Assembly: GCA_951406725.2 (NCBI GenBank)
Contig: OX597818.1
Span: 17,856,001 to 17,920,000 of the forward strand
DNA: 64,000 nucleotides
From: Octopus vulgaris
Lineage: Eukaryota
Reading direction: 5' to 3'
The position numbers were made by a program, and so were the translations under genes. The notes below the pieces were generated by a model. That model searched no databases and was not told the origin of the DNA. It saw only the letters and a list, made by a program, of their open reading frames with translations. Below are positions 1 to 11,594 of the stretch, piece by piece (position 1 is the stretch's first letter; each line of letters begins with the position of its first letter).

Positions 1-1096
1 ATTTATTTTTTTTGTTTAGGAGCTCAGGTCTGAGTGGGTTAAGCAGATGAAATATAAATCTGCTTCTGGATAGTACATCAGCCTAGTGCAGTGGTTCTCA
101 AGCTTCTGTAATTCAGCACATTCTTTCATGAAATGGTCTTTTACAGATGCCTTTTGCCATGTTTTGCACTGTGGTTTCATATCTACATATTTTTATAGTA
201 TGTCCCTTTCTTTAGGTATTTGCCTGGGGTAGTTCCTTTTATGTTAAATTTTTATAGAAGCTACTAATTAAGTTAAGAAATTATGTAATTTAATATGTAT
301 TGGACCTTTGTACATCATTAGTTAAGTTTCCGCATACTGATAACATAATATCCTATTCAAATTTTAACCTCAACAAACAATTGTTTATTGAAAATATGTT
401 CAAGTATAAGTATAGTACTTGATTTGAATATTTTATTTCTGAGAAAGACAATCACAACTCTTCTAAACATTTGTACAACTGTTAGTACTGTTAGGTATAA
501 TCAAAGAATACCTTCTTGCACAATTATATCTCTTTGCAAATGTTACACATCTATGTTTAAGCTATTGCTCTTGCTCAAATATAACTGCAACATGGTTTGT
601 ATTTGTGTTGTATAGAAGGTAGTTGTATCAAAAAATTATCTTTCTTATTTTTTTGTAAGGGTCTTTCTATGAAGTAACTTGCCTCTTTTGATGAGCAAAG
701 TTTTGAAAATATATTGTATTCTATTGCGCAGATTGGTAATGCTTAATTATTTAAAATTATTTAATGGTGGATGTCAGATTGATAAGGCATGTAACCCAGT
801 GGTTAGGCTGTTGGACTCACAATCATAAGGCTGTCAGTTCAATTCTCAGGCCAGAGTGCTTCATTTCATTTTGTTCCTGTTTAATTAGCTGAAGACACGA
901 TGTGTCTACTGCAGGTTGGCATCTTGAAAATTATTTCAAGTGCAAAATGATAGGGTCTAGTATTGAACAAAGAATGCATCATTGTAATTTTATATCAAAT
1001 GTGGATACAAACAGCTGACATTTACAACACAATCAAAAAGTAAATAAATGAATAGTCTTTTTTCTTTTCTTTCTTTTCTTTCTTTTTCTTTTTTAG

Positions 1097-1156
1097 TTTG
1101 GATTGGCATCCGAACAATGCTATGCTAGCATGTGGCTCCACTGACTTTAAAGCCAG
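1097..1156 (+). CDS. ARPC1A: Arp2/3 complex subunit 1 (p41-Arc, WD40), internal coding exon; upstream exons lie outside the window
   Basis: Polypyrimidine tract with TAG acceptor and AG|GTAAGT donor; encodes (S)LDWHPNNAMLACGSTDFKA(R), matching vertebrate ARPC1 [21 protein letters not shown]. Confidence 0.95.
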
Positions 1157-2714
1157 GTAAGTGTTTATTAATTTGCCTTGATGTGTCAATAAGAGAATAT
1201 GTATGTGAGCAAGGTTGGAATATAGTACTATGACTTCAGATACTGGAAGTTGGGTTTTATTGTAACATCACATCTAGAAGGTCTGATATTTGTCAACTCT
1301 ACTGAAGACTTTTTTTGTTCTGTTATTACAAATTCATAACAAAGGTGGATTGGTAGAATGATTACTTGTGTTGGACTTGTTTTATTTGTCCCATCTCTTT
1401 ACATTCTGTGGTCAACTTTACCTATCATCCCTCTGGGGTTGATAAAATAAAGTACCAGTCCAGTACTGGGGTTGATGCAATTGAATAACTTCCTCCTCTC
1501 AAAGTTCTTAGTCATGTACATAAATTAGAAGCAAATACAATTTCATACTTTATGGTGGAATGACCCTGTTGACAAACTTCCACTGAGGTCACATGTAGAT
1601 AGGATTACGTTAAAATATCAAATTTGAAAGGCATCAACTAATAAAAGCATTTACATTATAGACCCATAACTGCTCTACCCTATCATTTCACACATCTAGT
1701 TGTACTAGGGCATCGTCTATATCATGTGTTATAAGGCCAATGACTTAAAGAAATATCAATAGATTATCTTGAAAATTTGTTGTTTAGCTCCAGGTCAACT
1801 CTGATCTAGTTGACATCTATTTCACAAGATGGTCCTGCCATAACTATTCCATCTTATATTCACACAAAGTGTATCCAAGATTTTATTATCCAGTCTGCCT
1901 TTCTTTTTTAAGGTTGTAAAGGTGTAACTTGAGGGAGATTTGGTTAGTATTTCTAAAAGTCAAGCAACCACACGAAAGCTCACAGTTTGGCCTGAAGTTG
2001 TTCAACCCCAGGCCAACCTTTGATCCAGTACATGTATGGCCAAAAGCAGTTCCATTCTGCTTTTTATTCAGACATTGTAGATCAGTAACTACATTATTTG
2101 ACGTTTCCTTCCAATGGTAATTTGGAGATTTGAGTATTATTTCTTTTAGTTTGAGTGATCACATAAAGGTTCTCAGTTTGCAATAACTAGGTTGATTGGT
2201 CAGGACCAATGGCAAAAGTGGATTGGCCAGTATTAAGAGCCAGCATCTCTTAGGTTCTGATTACCCCTTATGGAAATGGAAGAGATTTTTCAAGCAACCT
2301 TGACTATCCTATAGCGCTATCTTCCTACAACCAACCATTGCATGATAGCATTCATTCTACTAACTATGTGTTTCCATCTAATCTCAAAACTAGGAGAAAG
2401 TTAACATAATCCTGGGTCTGTGATCAGGCTTGCTTATATAGAAGCTCTCAGTACTTGTCAATAACAGTAAAAACATGTCTATATTTTGCTGTATAGATTA
2501 TACACATTGAAGCACATATTCATGTATAGTAACTCTGTAGTTATATGGTACTACAGTTCCTTGCATAGAAGCTAAAAAATTAGTGTTATTCTTTATTTGA
2601 CAGTTAAGAATTAATGGGAAACTGGAGCCTTTCAAAAATTTCTTGAGACAACCTTAAATATCTCCTCTTCCAAATATTATTAATGACACTATTTTAACCT
2701 ACCTACTTTTCTAG

Positions 2715-2824
2715 AATCTTCTCTGGTTTTGTGAAAGATGTGGAAAGCAAACCTTCCGGCAGTCCTTGGTGGGATGGGAAGATGAGTTTTGGCACCCTGA
2801 TAGCAGAGTATTCGAATGGTGGAG
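2715..2824 (+). CDS. ARPC1A: ARPC1 coding exon
   Basis: ttttctag acceptor, G|GTAAAG donor; encodes IFSGFVKDVESKPSGSPWWDGKMSFGTLIAEYSNGG; phase matches both neighbours. Confidence 0.95.
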
Positions 2825-2949
2825 GTAAAGAACCAGTTTCTTAAAACAGTTTTGAAAATATCTTTTTTTTTTTCGTTTTCCTTTCTTCTTTAAACGTTTT
2901 CATGTCATTATTGCTGTTCTTTGCTTTAATCTTATACTATTTATTTTAG

Positions 2950-3052
2950 GCGGTTGGGTACATGATGTGTCTTTCTCACCGAAAGGAGACAAATTGGCCT
3001 GGATTGGACATGACTCCAGTATTTCTGTAGTGAATGCGAATAATGGTCAAAA
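2950..3052 (+). CDS. ARPC1A: ARPC1 coding exon
   Basis: ttttag acceptor, AA|GTGAGT donor; encodes GGWVHDVSFSPKGDKLAWIGHDSSISVVNANNGQ, a typical ARPC1 WD repeat. Confidence 0.95.
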
Positions 3053-3741
3053 GTGAGTATTTAGGCAAACTTTCGTACTCACTCTGAGCCCACTTCTTAC
3101 AGCCTGAAGTCATTAGTATGTTCACTGTTTACTTTAAATTGTTTCTACCAATTTATAGCTTGTTCTGAAATTCAGATCCACTATAGATGTTTAAATACAT
3201 TCTTTCAACAGTATGTTTCACTTCTATGAACAAATTCGCTGTAAATTTCCTGTAAATAGAGTGGCTTCCACTTCAAGGAGACATTTATTTCCTGTCTGCT
3301 TGGTGATATAGAATTGAAAATAAGCACCAAATTTTCTTTTCAGAAATATATACTGTATAATCAAGCAAATCCTTCATTACACAACATAATTCTCATGGTC
3401 ATCAGTACAAACATTGTCACAGCCACAGTTATGGGCTTCCTGAGACATGGAACGTTACTGTTTGTCCTAGTTTGTTTAGTTTACTTGTCCTAGTTTACTT
3501 TCTCACCAACTCCTATATATGTCAGTCTCAATATATAGAGATAAATAATATTCCTTTGTATGAAACATTAATTCAAACAGTTTATATACAGACAGACACT
3601 TTCATAAACTTCCTCCCCATAACATTGCTGTCCTCATTAATTATCAGCTTTTTTTTTCTCTCATATTGGTTATAGGTTGAACAAGTTTACAGTTCAGCAA
3701 TCTCCAAGACATTTCAACTCCTGCCCCTTATATCTTCAACA

Positions 3742-4095
3742 CAGGCGTGGCTGTGTGGTAGGAAGCTTACTTCCCAACTACATGGTTCTGGGTTCAGTCC
3801 CACTGTGTGACACCTTGGGCCAACCAAAGCCTTGTAAGTGGATTTGGTAGATGGAAACTGAAAAAAAGCTCATTGTGTAGTGTGTGTGTGTGTTTGTTCC
3901 CTACCACCACTTGAAACTGATCTCAGTGTGTTTACTTCCCTGTAACTTAGCAGTTCAGCAAAAGAGACCGACAGAATAAGTACCAAGCTTAAAAAAAGAA
4001 AAAAAGTACTAGGGTCGATTCATTTGACTAAAAATTCTCCAAGGTGGTGCCCCAGCATGGCCACAATCTAATGACTGAAACAAGTAAAAGATAAT
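3742..4095 (+). mobile_element. tRNA-derived SINE family A (CORE-like CCTTGGGCAAGT, internal TA/TG microsatellite)
   Basis: A box TGGCTGTGTGG, B box GGTTCAGTCCC, end ...AATGACTGAAACAAGTAAAAGA; many homologous copies in the window. Confidence 0.85.
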
Positions 4096-4286
4096 GACTC
4101 TCTTTTCACCTGCAGTACCTTTTCCTTTGTTGAACCCTTAACCACTTACCTTATGTAGTTCCATCACACTACTGACACTTATGTCAACTTCCCAATGTAA
4201 TTTTTCTACTTTTCTTTGGATTGTATCAGTTAATCTTTATTTGACCTATTTTTCTCACCTATATTTTCTCCTTTTCTCCTTACTAG

Positions 4287-4362
4287 GGTTGCTGTCATTA
4301 AGGAAAAGTTTCTTCCTTTTATTTCTTGCACATGGGTGTCCGAAGAAAATATCGTGGCAGCA
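4287..4362 (+). CDS. ARPC1A: ARPC1 coding exon
   Basis: Pyrimidine tract with TAG, GCA|GTAAGT donor; encodes VAVIKEKFLPFISCTWVSEENIVAA (vertebrate EFLPLLSVSFVSENSVVAA). Confidence 0.93.
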
Positions 4363-4535
4363 GTAAGTGTTTCAGTGAACTATTGAGATTCTAAAACTTT
4401 AAATGTTTTGTTTCTGTAATCTAAAGACATCTTTCGTCAACATTTGGTTTCTTTGTGCAGTCAGTGTGTCTCATAAAATAGAGCAGGAGTGTGGGACGGT
4501 GTGTTGATTGAAAAAGTACAAATTGCTTTGTTTAA

Positions 4536-4974
4536 CTCTTTAGATACCTACTCACCTCAGAATGTCCTTGGTTCTATTCTATGAAACAAACTTTCTGTTT
4601 TAAAGGAAACCTTCTATCAAAATAACATAAATATATATTTTCAAAGCACCTGCTTAACACTTTAGCAATTAAACTGGCCATATCTGGCCTGAAATATTCT
4701 ACCTGTTTTATGTTCAAACTGACTAGATCCCACCTTTCACACCTACCCTACACTATCATTCTGAAAATAAACCATCACATCATTTAAAACTTGAAGCTAC
4801 AAGTATAATGTATGATTAATTCAAAACAATGTGAATAAATAAGCATTACATTTGATAGAGTAACTTGAATGCTAAAGGGTAATCATGACAGTTATTTTAT
4901 TAAATTCTTCATTATTTGAAAACTTAATTGAGTCAAAGGTAGTATATTTCAACAGAAATATAGTAACACTAGGG
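4536..4974. mobile_element. Nested piggyBac-like MITEs (inner 4658-4879 inside outer 4536-4974)
   Basis: Inner TTAA-CACTTTAGCAAT...AATGCTAAAGGG-TAA; outer TTAA-CTCTTTAGATAC...GTAACACTAGGG-TTAA. Confidence 0.6.
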
Positions 4975-5089
4975 TTAATAACATTATATAGCAAAATTGT
5001 TATTATTTTTTTTGTCTTTGATCAGTAAGTGTTATTTTCTATTTATTTCTATCTTGAATTCAAAGGAAACTATTACTATTCCATTCAAA

Positions 5090-5355
5090 CATAGCTTTTG
5101 TGACCTGGACATCAATGTTTCCGAACTGACCTATTTTCCATCATATTTCAGACAATTCAGCGCTAAGTTGCTGAAGCAGAAATATTGTTATAGCAAATAT
5201 TCTGCTCAATATCGTAGATTTGCTTCTGTTGCTTGACCTTAACCACTTGAGCATGTCCCTTAGTATCTGACAATATATGTATCTCTGATCATGAGCAAGA
5301 GTAGTGGGAGAGCATCATAGCCATGTGTTGAGAGGGATATTTTGGGGTTTGAATA
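5090..5355 (+). repeat. Unclassified interspersed repeat (other copies at 34540-34775 minus and 47155-47325 plus)
   Basis: Shared GCAAATATTCTGCTC...TTGACCTTAACC...GAGCATCATAGCCATGTGTTGAGAGGGA blocks in three places. Confidence 0.75.
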
Positions 5356-5567
5356 AATGTAACAAAAGCTAAGTTTGAAGTAAATATTGGCAATTTTTTA
5401 TACTTTCTGGGGTGGTAAGCAAACAGGAAATAAAAGTTGATACTCCAGGACGAAAAATCATGTTACACAGATAGATTCCAACTTTTTAAACTTAGGTTTC
5501 ATTATTGTTTTTGCTATGTGATGTGAATTTGGCCCTCTGTAATATGAATTGGCTTTCTTATTATTAA

Positions 5568-6455
5568 GGTGGCAAGCTGGCAGAATTGTTAGCACACCAG
5601 GCAAAATGCTTTGTGGCATTTCATCTGTCTTTACATTCTGACTTCAAATTCTGCCAAGGCTGACTTTGCCTTTCATCCTTTTAGATCAATAAAATAAGTA
5701 CCAACTGAGTATTGAGGTTTATTTAATTGACTATCCTCCTCCTCCAAATTTTAGGCCCGTACCTATAGTAGAAAGGATTATTTTTATTATTATTATTATT
5801 ACTACTACTACTACTCAAGGCAGTGAGCTGGCAGAATCATTAGTACACTAAATAAAATGCTTAGCGGTATTTTGCCTGTCTCTGTGTTCTAAATTCAAAT
5901 TCCACCAAGGTTGACTTTACCTTTCATCCTTTTGGGGTTGATAAAATAAGTTCCAGTTGAACACTGGGGTCGATGTAATCAACTCATCCCCTCCCCCAAA
6001 ATTGTTACCCTTGTGGCAGAATTTGAAACCATTATTATTATTATTACTAATGCTACTACTACTAAAGTGGCGAGCTGGCAGAATCGTTAGCACACCAGGC
6101 AAAATGCTTGGTGGTGTTTCATCTGTCGTCATGTCCTGAGTTCAAATTCCACTGAAATCTACTTTGCCTTTCATCCTTGATAAAATAAGTACCAGTGAAA
6201 CACTGGGGTCAACGTAATTGACTAGTCCTTTCCCTAAAATTTCAGACCTTTATAATAATAATAATCCTAGAAGAAAGGATTATTATTATTATAAAGGAGA
6301 TGGAATGGCAGAGTGGAAAAAAATGCCTTAAATTATTTCTTCTGTTTTTTATTATGTTCTGACTTCAAATCTAGTTAAGTACTGGAGCCAATATAAGTAA
6401 CTAACTCTCCTTTCCTGAAATTTCAAGTTGTAAGCCTAAATTAGAAACAAATATT
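5568..6455 (+). mobile_element. Four head-to-tail copies of tRNA-derived SINE family B in an ARPC1 intron
   Basis: Repeated GGCGAGCTGGCAGAATCGTTAGC...GAGTTCAAATTCC...GACTTTGCCTTTCATCC...AAGTACCAG units separated by (ATT/ACT)n. Confidence 0.85.
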
Positions 6456-6503
6456 ATTTTTATAATTGTTATTAATTTTGTTATTTTTTGTCTGTAATTG
6501 TAG

Positions 6504-6607
6504 GGGTTTGATTGCTGCCCCCTGATGTTCAATTATGCCTCTAATGGTAACCTACGTTATGTTTGCAACTTGGACGTTCCTAAAGAACAGTCTCTTGGCA
6601 CCCAGAG
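6504..6607 (+). CDS. ARPC1A: ARPC1 coding exon
   Basis: ttgtag acceptor, AG|GTTTGT donor; encodes GFDCCPLMFNYASNGNLRYVCNLDVPKEQSLGTQ (vertebrate GHDCCPMLFNY...LDIPK). Confidence 0.95.
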
Positions 6608-6654
6608 GTTTGTTATTTGCCTTTCACTCTCTCTCGCTTGCTCCCATAAATGTC

Positions 6655-6885
6655 ATCATCATCATCATCATCATCATTTAATATCCACTTTTCTATGCTT
6701 GCATGGATCAGACAGAATTTGGTGAGGTAGTTTTCTAAGGCTGGATGCCCTTCATGTTGCCAATTCTCACCTTTACCTAGCAAGATAATATTTTCCCATG
6801 GCCAGCCAAACCTGTTTTTCATGGAACAATGTATAATGGTGATGCTTCTTTTACAACCATCACATGATGTTAAGACAAAGACACA
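6655..6885 (-). mobile_element. 3' part of a SINE with (GAT)n tail (family C tail)
   Basis: Reverse complement reads GAAGGGCATCCAG...CCATGCAAGCATAGAAAAGTGGATATTAAATGATGAT; homologous to 22240-22385 and 51548-51703. Confidence 0.7.
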
Positions 6886-6911
6886 CACACACACACACAC
6901 ACTCATACAAT

Positions 6912-7300
6912 TACGTGTGTGGCATGGCTGTGTGGTAAGAAGTTTGCTTCCCACCCACATGGTTTTGGGTTCAGTCCCACCACGTGGCACCTTGGGCAAG
7001 TGTCTTCTACTATAGCTTTGGGCTGACCAAAGCCTTGCGAGTGGATTTTGTAGACGGAAACTGAAAGAAGCTTGTTATATATGTATATACCTTTGTGTTT
7101 GTGTCCCCACCCTCCCCATCACTTCTTGACAACTGGTGTTGGTATGTTTCGGTCTCCATAACTTAGCAGTTCAACAAAAGAAACCAATAGAATAAGAACT
7201 AGGCCTAAGAAATAAGTCCTGGGGTCAATTTCTTCAACACAAACCCTTCAAGGCAGTGCCCCAGCATGGCTGCAGTCAAATGACTGAAACAAGTGAAGTA
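6912..7300 (+). mobile_element. SINE family A
   Basis: Full head-to-tail match to other family A copies. Confidence 0.85.
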
Positions 7301-7669
7301 ATGGAAATATATTTAATAGGCTTCTTTCAGTTTCCTTGTACCAATTCTTCTGTAGCCCTTATAGGCCTAGAGTTATAGAAAATACTTGCCCAACATGCCA
7401 TGCCATGGGAATGACCTCCCTTATCATATGGTTGGAAATGAAACTTCTTAACTTCATTGCCACAGCTGCACCTAATGTCAGTTTTCATATTTAAACCAAA
7501 AAAAAAGCTGCTTTATACTGGGTCATTGGATTACTGCCAAAGTACTGGTTTTTATGTTGTAATCAAATCAGTTTTATGTTATATGGTGGTAGGTATCCAT
7601 CTCTTCGTTATCAACCACCTGGAAATTGTAGGTTCAATAAACAAGTGAAGTGAGCTCATTCACATATTT

Positions 7670-8028
7670 ATTGACTGATTGACTGATCGAGAACTTGCAA
7701 ATTCTCTTTAGCATTTAGCTCTTGTGTTTCTAACCACCATGAGACCCCCCCTCTTCGATCACACACTGAGCATGGGATTGCACCTAGAAAGTTACTCTCC
7801 CAGACACAAGTCCAGGCTAGGTTGATTATGGAAGACCAGCAGTCGCCCATGCATACCGGCCTCCCCTCTCCACGCTACCAGTGTTATCCAAGAGAAAGGC
7901 AAAGGCTGAGTGAACTGGAGCAATGTGAAATAAAGTGTCTTGCTCAAGAGCACAACATGCAGCCTGGTCTGGGATTTGAGCTCACAACCTCACGATCGTA
8001 AGCTCGACACTCTAACCACTGAGCCATG
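7670..8028 (-). mobile_element. tRNA-derived SINE family D
   Basis: Reverse strand TGGCTCAGTGGTTAGAGTG...GAGCTCAAATCCC followed by CTTGAGCAAGACACTT; a degenerate head also occurs at ~788-900. Confidence 0.7.
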
Positions 8029-8181
8029 TAAATAGTGTGTCTCTTATTTCAGCACATACGCACACTTTCTTCTTATCTCTTTCTCTTACACAGAGGTATT
8101 CATTTTCTCTCATGCACAGACACACACACACATACACACTCCACCTTACATGTATTCATCTCCTATCTTTTTATGTTGCAG

Positions 8182-8274
8182 TGCAATGCAGAGATTCCGA
8201 GACTTGGATAGAATGGCATCGGGTCCTGATGATTCTTCGAAATCTATGAAGACTCTTCATCAGAACGCGATCAC
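8182..8274 (+). CDS. ARPC1A: ARPC1 coding exon
   Basis: ttgcag acceptor, AC|GTAAGT donor; encodes SAMQRFRDLDRMASGPDDSSKSMKTLHQNAIT (vertebrate SAMERFRNMDK...TLHQNSIT). Confidence 0.95.
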
Positions 8275-8983
8275 GTAAGTTTTTCAATCTAACTATGTCT
8301 TCGAGTGTGTGCATACATATCTATCTGTTTCTAGCAAACTGTCATGTTTGAGTGGTGTCCTTTCATTTTGATATGATTGTGGAAGTTTGAGTTTTGTTTC
8401 TCTTGACATCTTTCTGTGATTGATTAAAGAAATTTTAAACAGAGAGAGAGAGAGAGATAAAATAATCAAACTTGATCAGTTAGAGTAAGATTTGGCTTAC
8501 CAATTTCATTCTTAGTAGTGATGGATAAACTGCCTTATGATAGGTATTTTCTTGCATTCTTTTAACTTTTAAAGTTCAAATCCTCTTAGAGTCAATTTTG
8601 CTTTTCATCCTTCCAGGAATTGCTAAAGTAAGTACCAGAATGTATGACCTCATCCTAAGTGAGAATTTAATATTATAAATATTAGGGTACTGGATTAGCT
8701 GTTGTTAGAACATTGAGTAAAATGCCTGATAGTATTTGTTTCAGCTCTTTATGTTCTGCATTCAAATGTTACCACAGTTGACTGTACCATTCACCCCTGC
8801 AGTGTTGGTAAAATTAAGTACTAGTCAAATACTGGGGTCAACTAACCCCTCTTGGAAAATTTCAGATTTTGTAACTATGTTAGATACAATTATTATCCAT
8901 TTTCTTCTCCCTTTTGTTTTCTATCTTATTGCTGGTGATTTATAGTAAATCATTTATTTATCTTATGTGCCTGTGTCTTTCAG

Positions 8984-9074
8984 ACAAGTGGTTGTCCATA
9001 CTGGAACTAAGGAAAGCTGCTCCAAGTTTTCTACTTCTGGAATTGATGGTAACCTCATAATTTGGGATGTAAAG
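8984..9074 (+). CDS. ARPC1A: ARPC1 coding exon
   Basis: tctttcag acceptor, AAG|GTTCGT donor; encodes QVVVHTGTKESCSKFSTSGIDGNLIIWDVK. Confidence 0.95.
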
Positions 9075-9311
9075 GTTCGTTGACAATTCTATTATTTTCA
9101 TCTCTTTATTTATTTTATTTATTATTAGAAGCAATAACTGTAAACTGTAGATTTTAGGAGACAGCTTATCCTTAGTGGTGGGGATAGCTAAGTTCAAAGT
9201 TTATTCTTTTATCTTTTACTTCTTTCAGTCATTCAACTGCGGCCATGCTGGGGGTACCACCTTAAATTTTTATGAGAGAGTGAATGATAAATTTAAAGCA
9301 ATATGAATAAA

Positions 9312-9685
9312 TAAGCTTGCTAACCAACCACATGGTTCCGGGTTCAGTCCCACTGCGGGGTATCTTGGGCAAGTGTCTTCTGCTATAGCCCCGGGCCGAC
9401 CAATGTCTTGTGAGTGGATATGGTAGACGGAAACTGAAAGAAGCCTGTCGTATATATGTATATATATATATATGTATGTTTGTGTGTCTGTGTTTGCTCC
9501 CCTAGCATTGCTTGACAACCGATGCTGGTGTGTTTACGTCCCCGTCACTTAGCAGTTCGGCAAAAAGAGACCGATAGAATAAGTACTGGGCTTACAAAAA
9601 GAATAAGTCCCGGGGTCGAGTTGCTCGACTAAAGGCGGTGCTCCAGCATGGCCACAGTCAAATGACTGAAACAAGTAAAAGAGTA
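9312..9685 (+). mobile_element. SINE family A (5'-truncated, low divergence)
   Basis: Near-identical to the 16425-16810 copy. Confidence 0.88.
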
Positions 9686-9947
9686 ATCATTACATTTGAC
9701 AAAATTTGAATGATGAAGGGTTAATAAACAGAAAAGTTACAAATGTGGCTCAAGGGTTTAGTCTTTTTTGATGACACTTAATAATTGTCATGCATGAAGC
9801 TCTTGACTTTATTCAATATTCTATTCACTGTACCCCTTGTTTGTAAATTAATGATCTTATGTCAGGGCAGACATAATACTTGACCCTGCCTTCTGTTTCA
9901 TGTCTTAACTCATTTGTTTCTCTCTCTCTTTCTCTTTTTCTCTTCAG

Positions 9948-9986
9948 TCTTTGGAAAAATCGTTAGCTGACATGAAGATTTCCTAA
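9948..9986 (+). CDS. ARPC1A: ARPC1 terminal coding exon
   Basis: Long CT tract with CAG acceptor; encodes SLEKSLADMKIS followed by TAA (vertebrate TLESSIQGLRIM / SLESALKDLKIK). Confidence 0.93.
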   Translation, partial: SLEKSLADMKIS

Positions 9987-10704
9987 ACATTCACCGGTTA
10001 TTATGGTCTTTCAACAGAGGGGAGCGCTGCTATTTCATACTCCTAAACAGTCGGTCAAATGGAAAAATCACCGACACGAGGGCAACGAAAACAAATTAGT
10101 CACTTTGTATCCCCCTTACTTTCTCTCCCCCCTCTCTCTCTCTTTTTCTACCTCTACTAGCATGCTCTGTAGTTTTAATCATGTAATAATTTCTGATCAG
10201 CTCTCTCTCTCATTATCCCTCTTTCGTCTCCATCAACAATATTCTACCGGATGATGATGATAATAATAATAATAAATAATAATAATGATGATAATAATAA
10301 TTGCATACAGTAAATAAAGGGATGCAGTAATAATCATAACTGTGTTGTTGTTTATTCCCAGGTAAGTTCTGATCTTGTCGACTTGTAATCAAAAATATTC
10401 CATTTATTGAATCTTTTATTGATTCTGACATAGCTTATCTAGGATTATATATTATCTGGTATTTTTTTTCTCTTCGACAGTCGATTATGATTTGAAGAAG
10501 ATTAGGTTCCTATTTCTAACAGATCTAGCAAGCTTGTAGACAATCCTTCATTGAATAAGGCACAAAAAGCCCTCACGAGAGTGCTCCCAGTTTCATACCA
10601 AACTACTTGTAGCTAGTGGAAAATAATTTGAGAGAAATTTGGCTGCTGCTATTTCTAGCATGTTGAGTGATGACACAAAGGCTCCCTAAATGACTCGTAT
10701 AATT

Positions 10705-11342
10705 TGGTGGTCCCTAAACTTATTTAGTTGTGGAACCCATTACTTATATTTTATAGACAAGCCCCACCACATGAAATGTAATAAGACATCAAATGAATCA
10801 AAAATTATATTAGAGAAAGAGAGAAAGGGTTTATTATATGGCGTTGTAAGAGGAGGAAAATGTCATCAAACTTACATTGACAACTTGATTGCAGGACCTC
10901 AAGGCAGTGATGTTGAGCCAAGAAGTGTGGTGGACTTTATTTTTGCAGCCTGGGTTGTAACCTAGCCATAATAATGAAAACATATATATATATATATATA
11001 TATATATTTCGTTTTTGGATTTGGTTTGCAAGATTCTTTATATGAGTTTGTGTGTTGAAGCATATTCTGTTGCGTCTGGGGAGAGTCATTCTCTTTTAGT
11101 GCCTTATTATTTAACACTCACAGGTAAAATTTTAGAAAATAAAAATAAGAAATAAGTGGAAATTTTACTGGTGAGTGTGTTAAATATTAAGGCACTAAAA
11201 GAGAATGACCCTCCCCAGACACAACAGTATATACATATATATATATAAATAAACCATTCACTTATTTTAAAAGTGGTGAAGGTAAATCCTTATCTTACAA
11301 AGTTCCCGAATGTTCTCACAGAATCCACTTTGAGAAATACTG
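10705..11342. mobile_element. Probable hAT/Charlie-type non-autonomous element with a nested TA-flanked insertion
   Basis: Left end TGGTGGTCCCTAAACTT...TGTGGAACCC, right end GAATCCACTTTGAGAAATACTG resemble CAGTGGTTCTCAA-type TIRs; a similar left end lies at 89. Confidence 0.45.
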
Positions 11343-11594
11343 GTCTTATGTAAGTTTATCCTTTTACTTGTTCCAGTCATTTGATTGCGGTCATGCTGGA
11401 GCACTGCCTTAAAGGGTTTTAGTTGAAGAAATCAACCCTAGGACTTATTTGTAAGCCTAACACGTATTCTATGGGTCTCTTTTGCTGAACTGCTAAGTTA
11501 AAGGGATGTAAATACACCAATACTGGTCGTCAGGTGATGGTGGAGGGACAAAGACACACACACACATAAATATATACATATATGTATGTATATA

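Noticed and set aside
650-740. Additional upstream ARPC1 exon
   Set aside because: Splice-like sites exist, but no frame resembles the expected WWVxKHIKKPIRSTV sequence.
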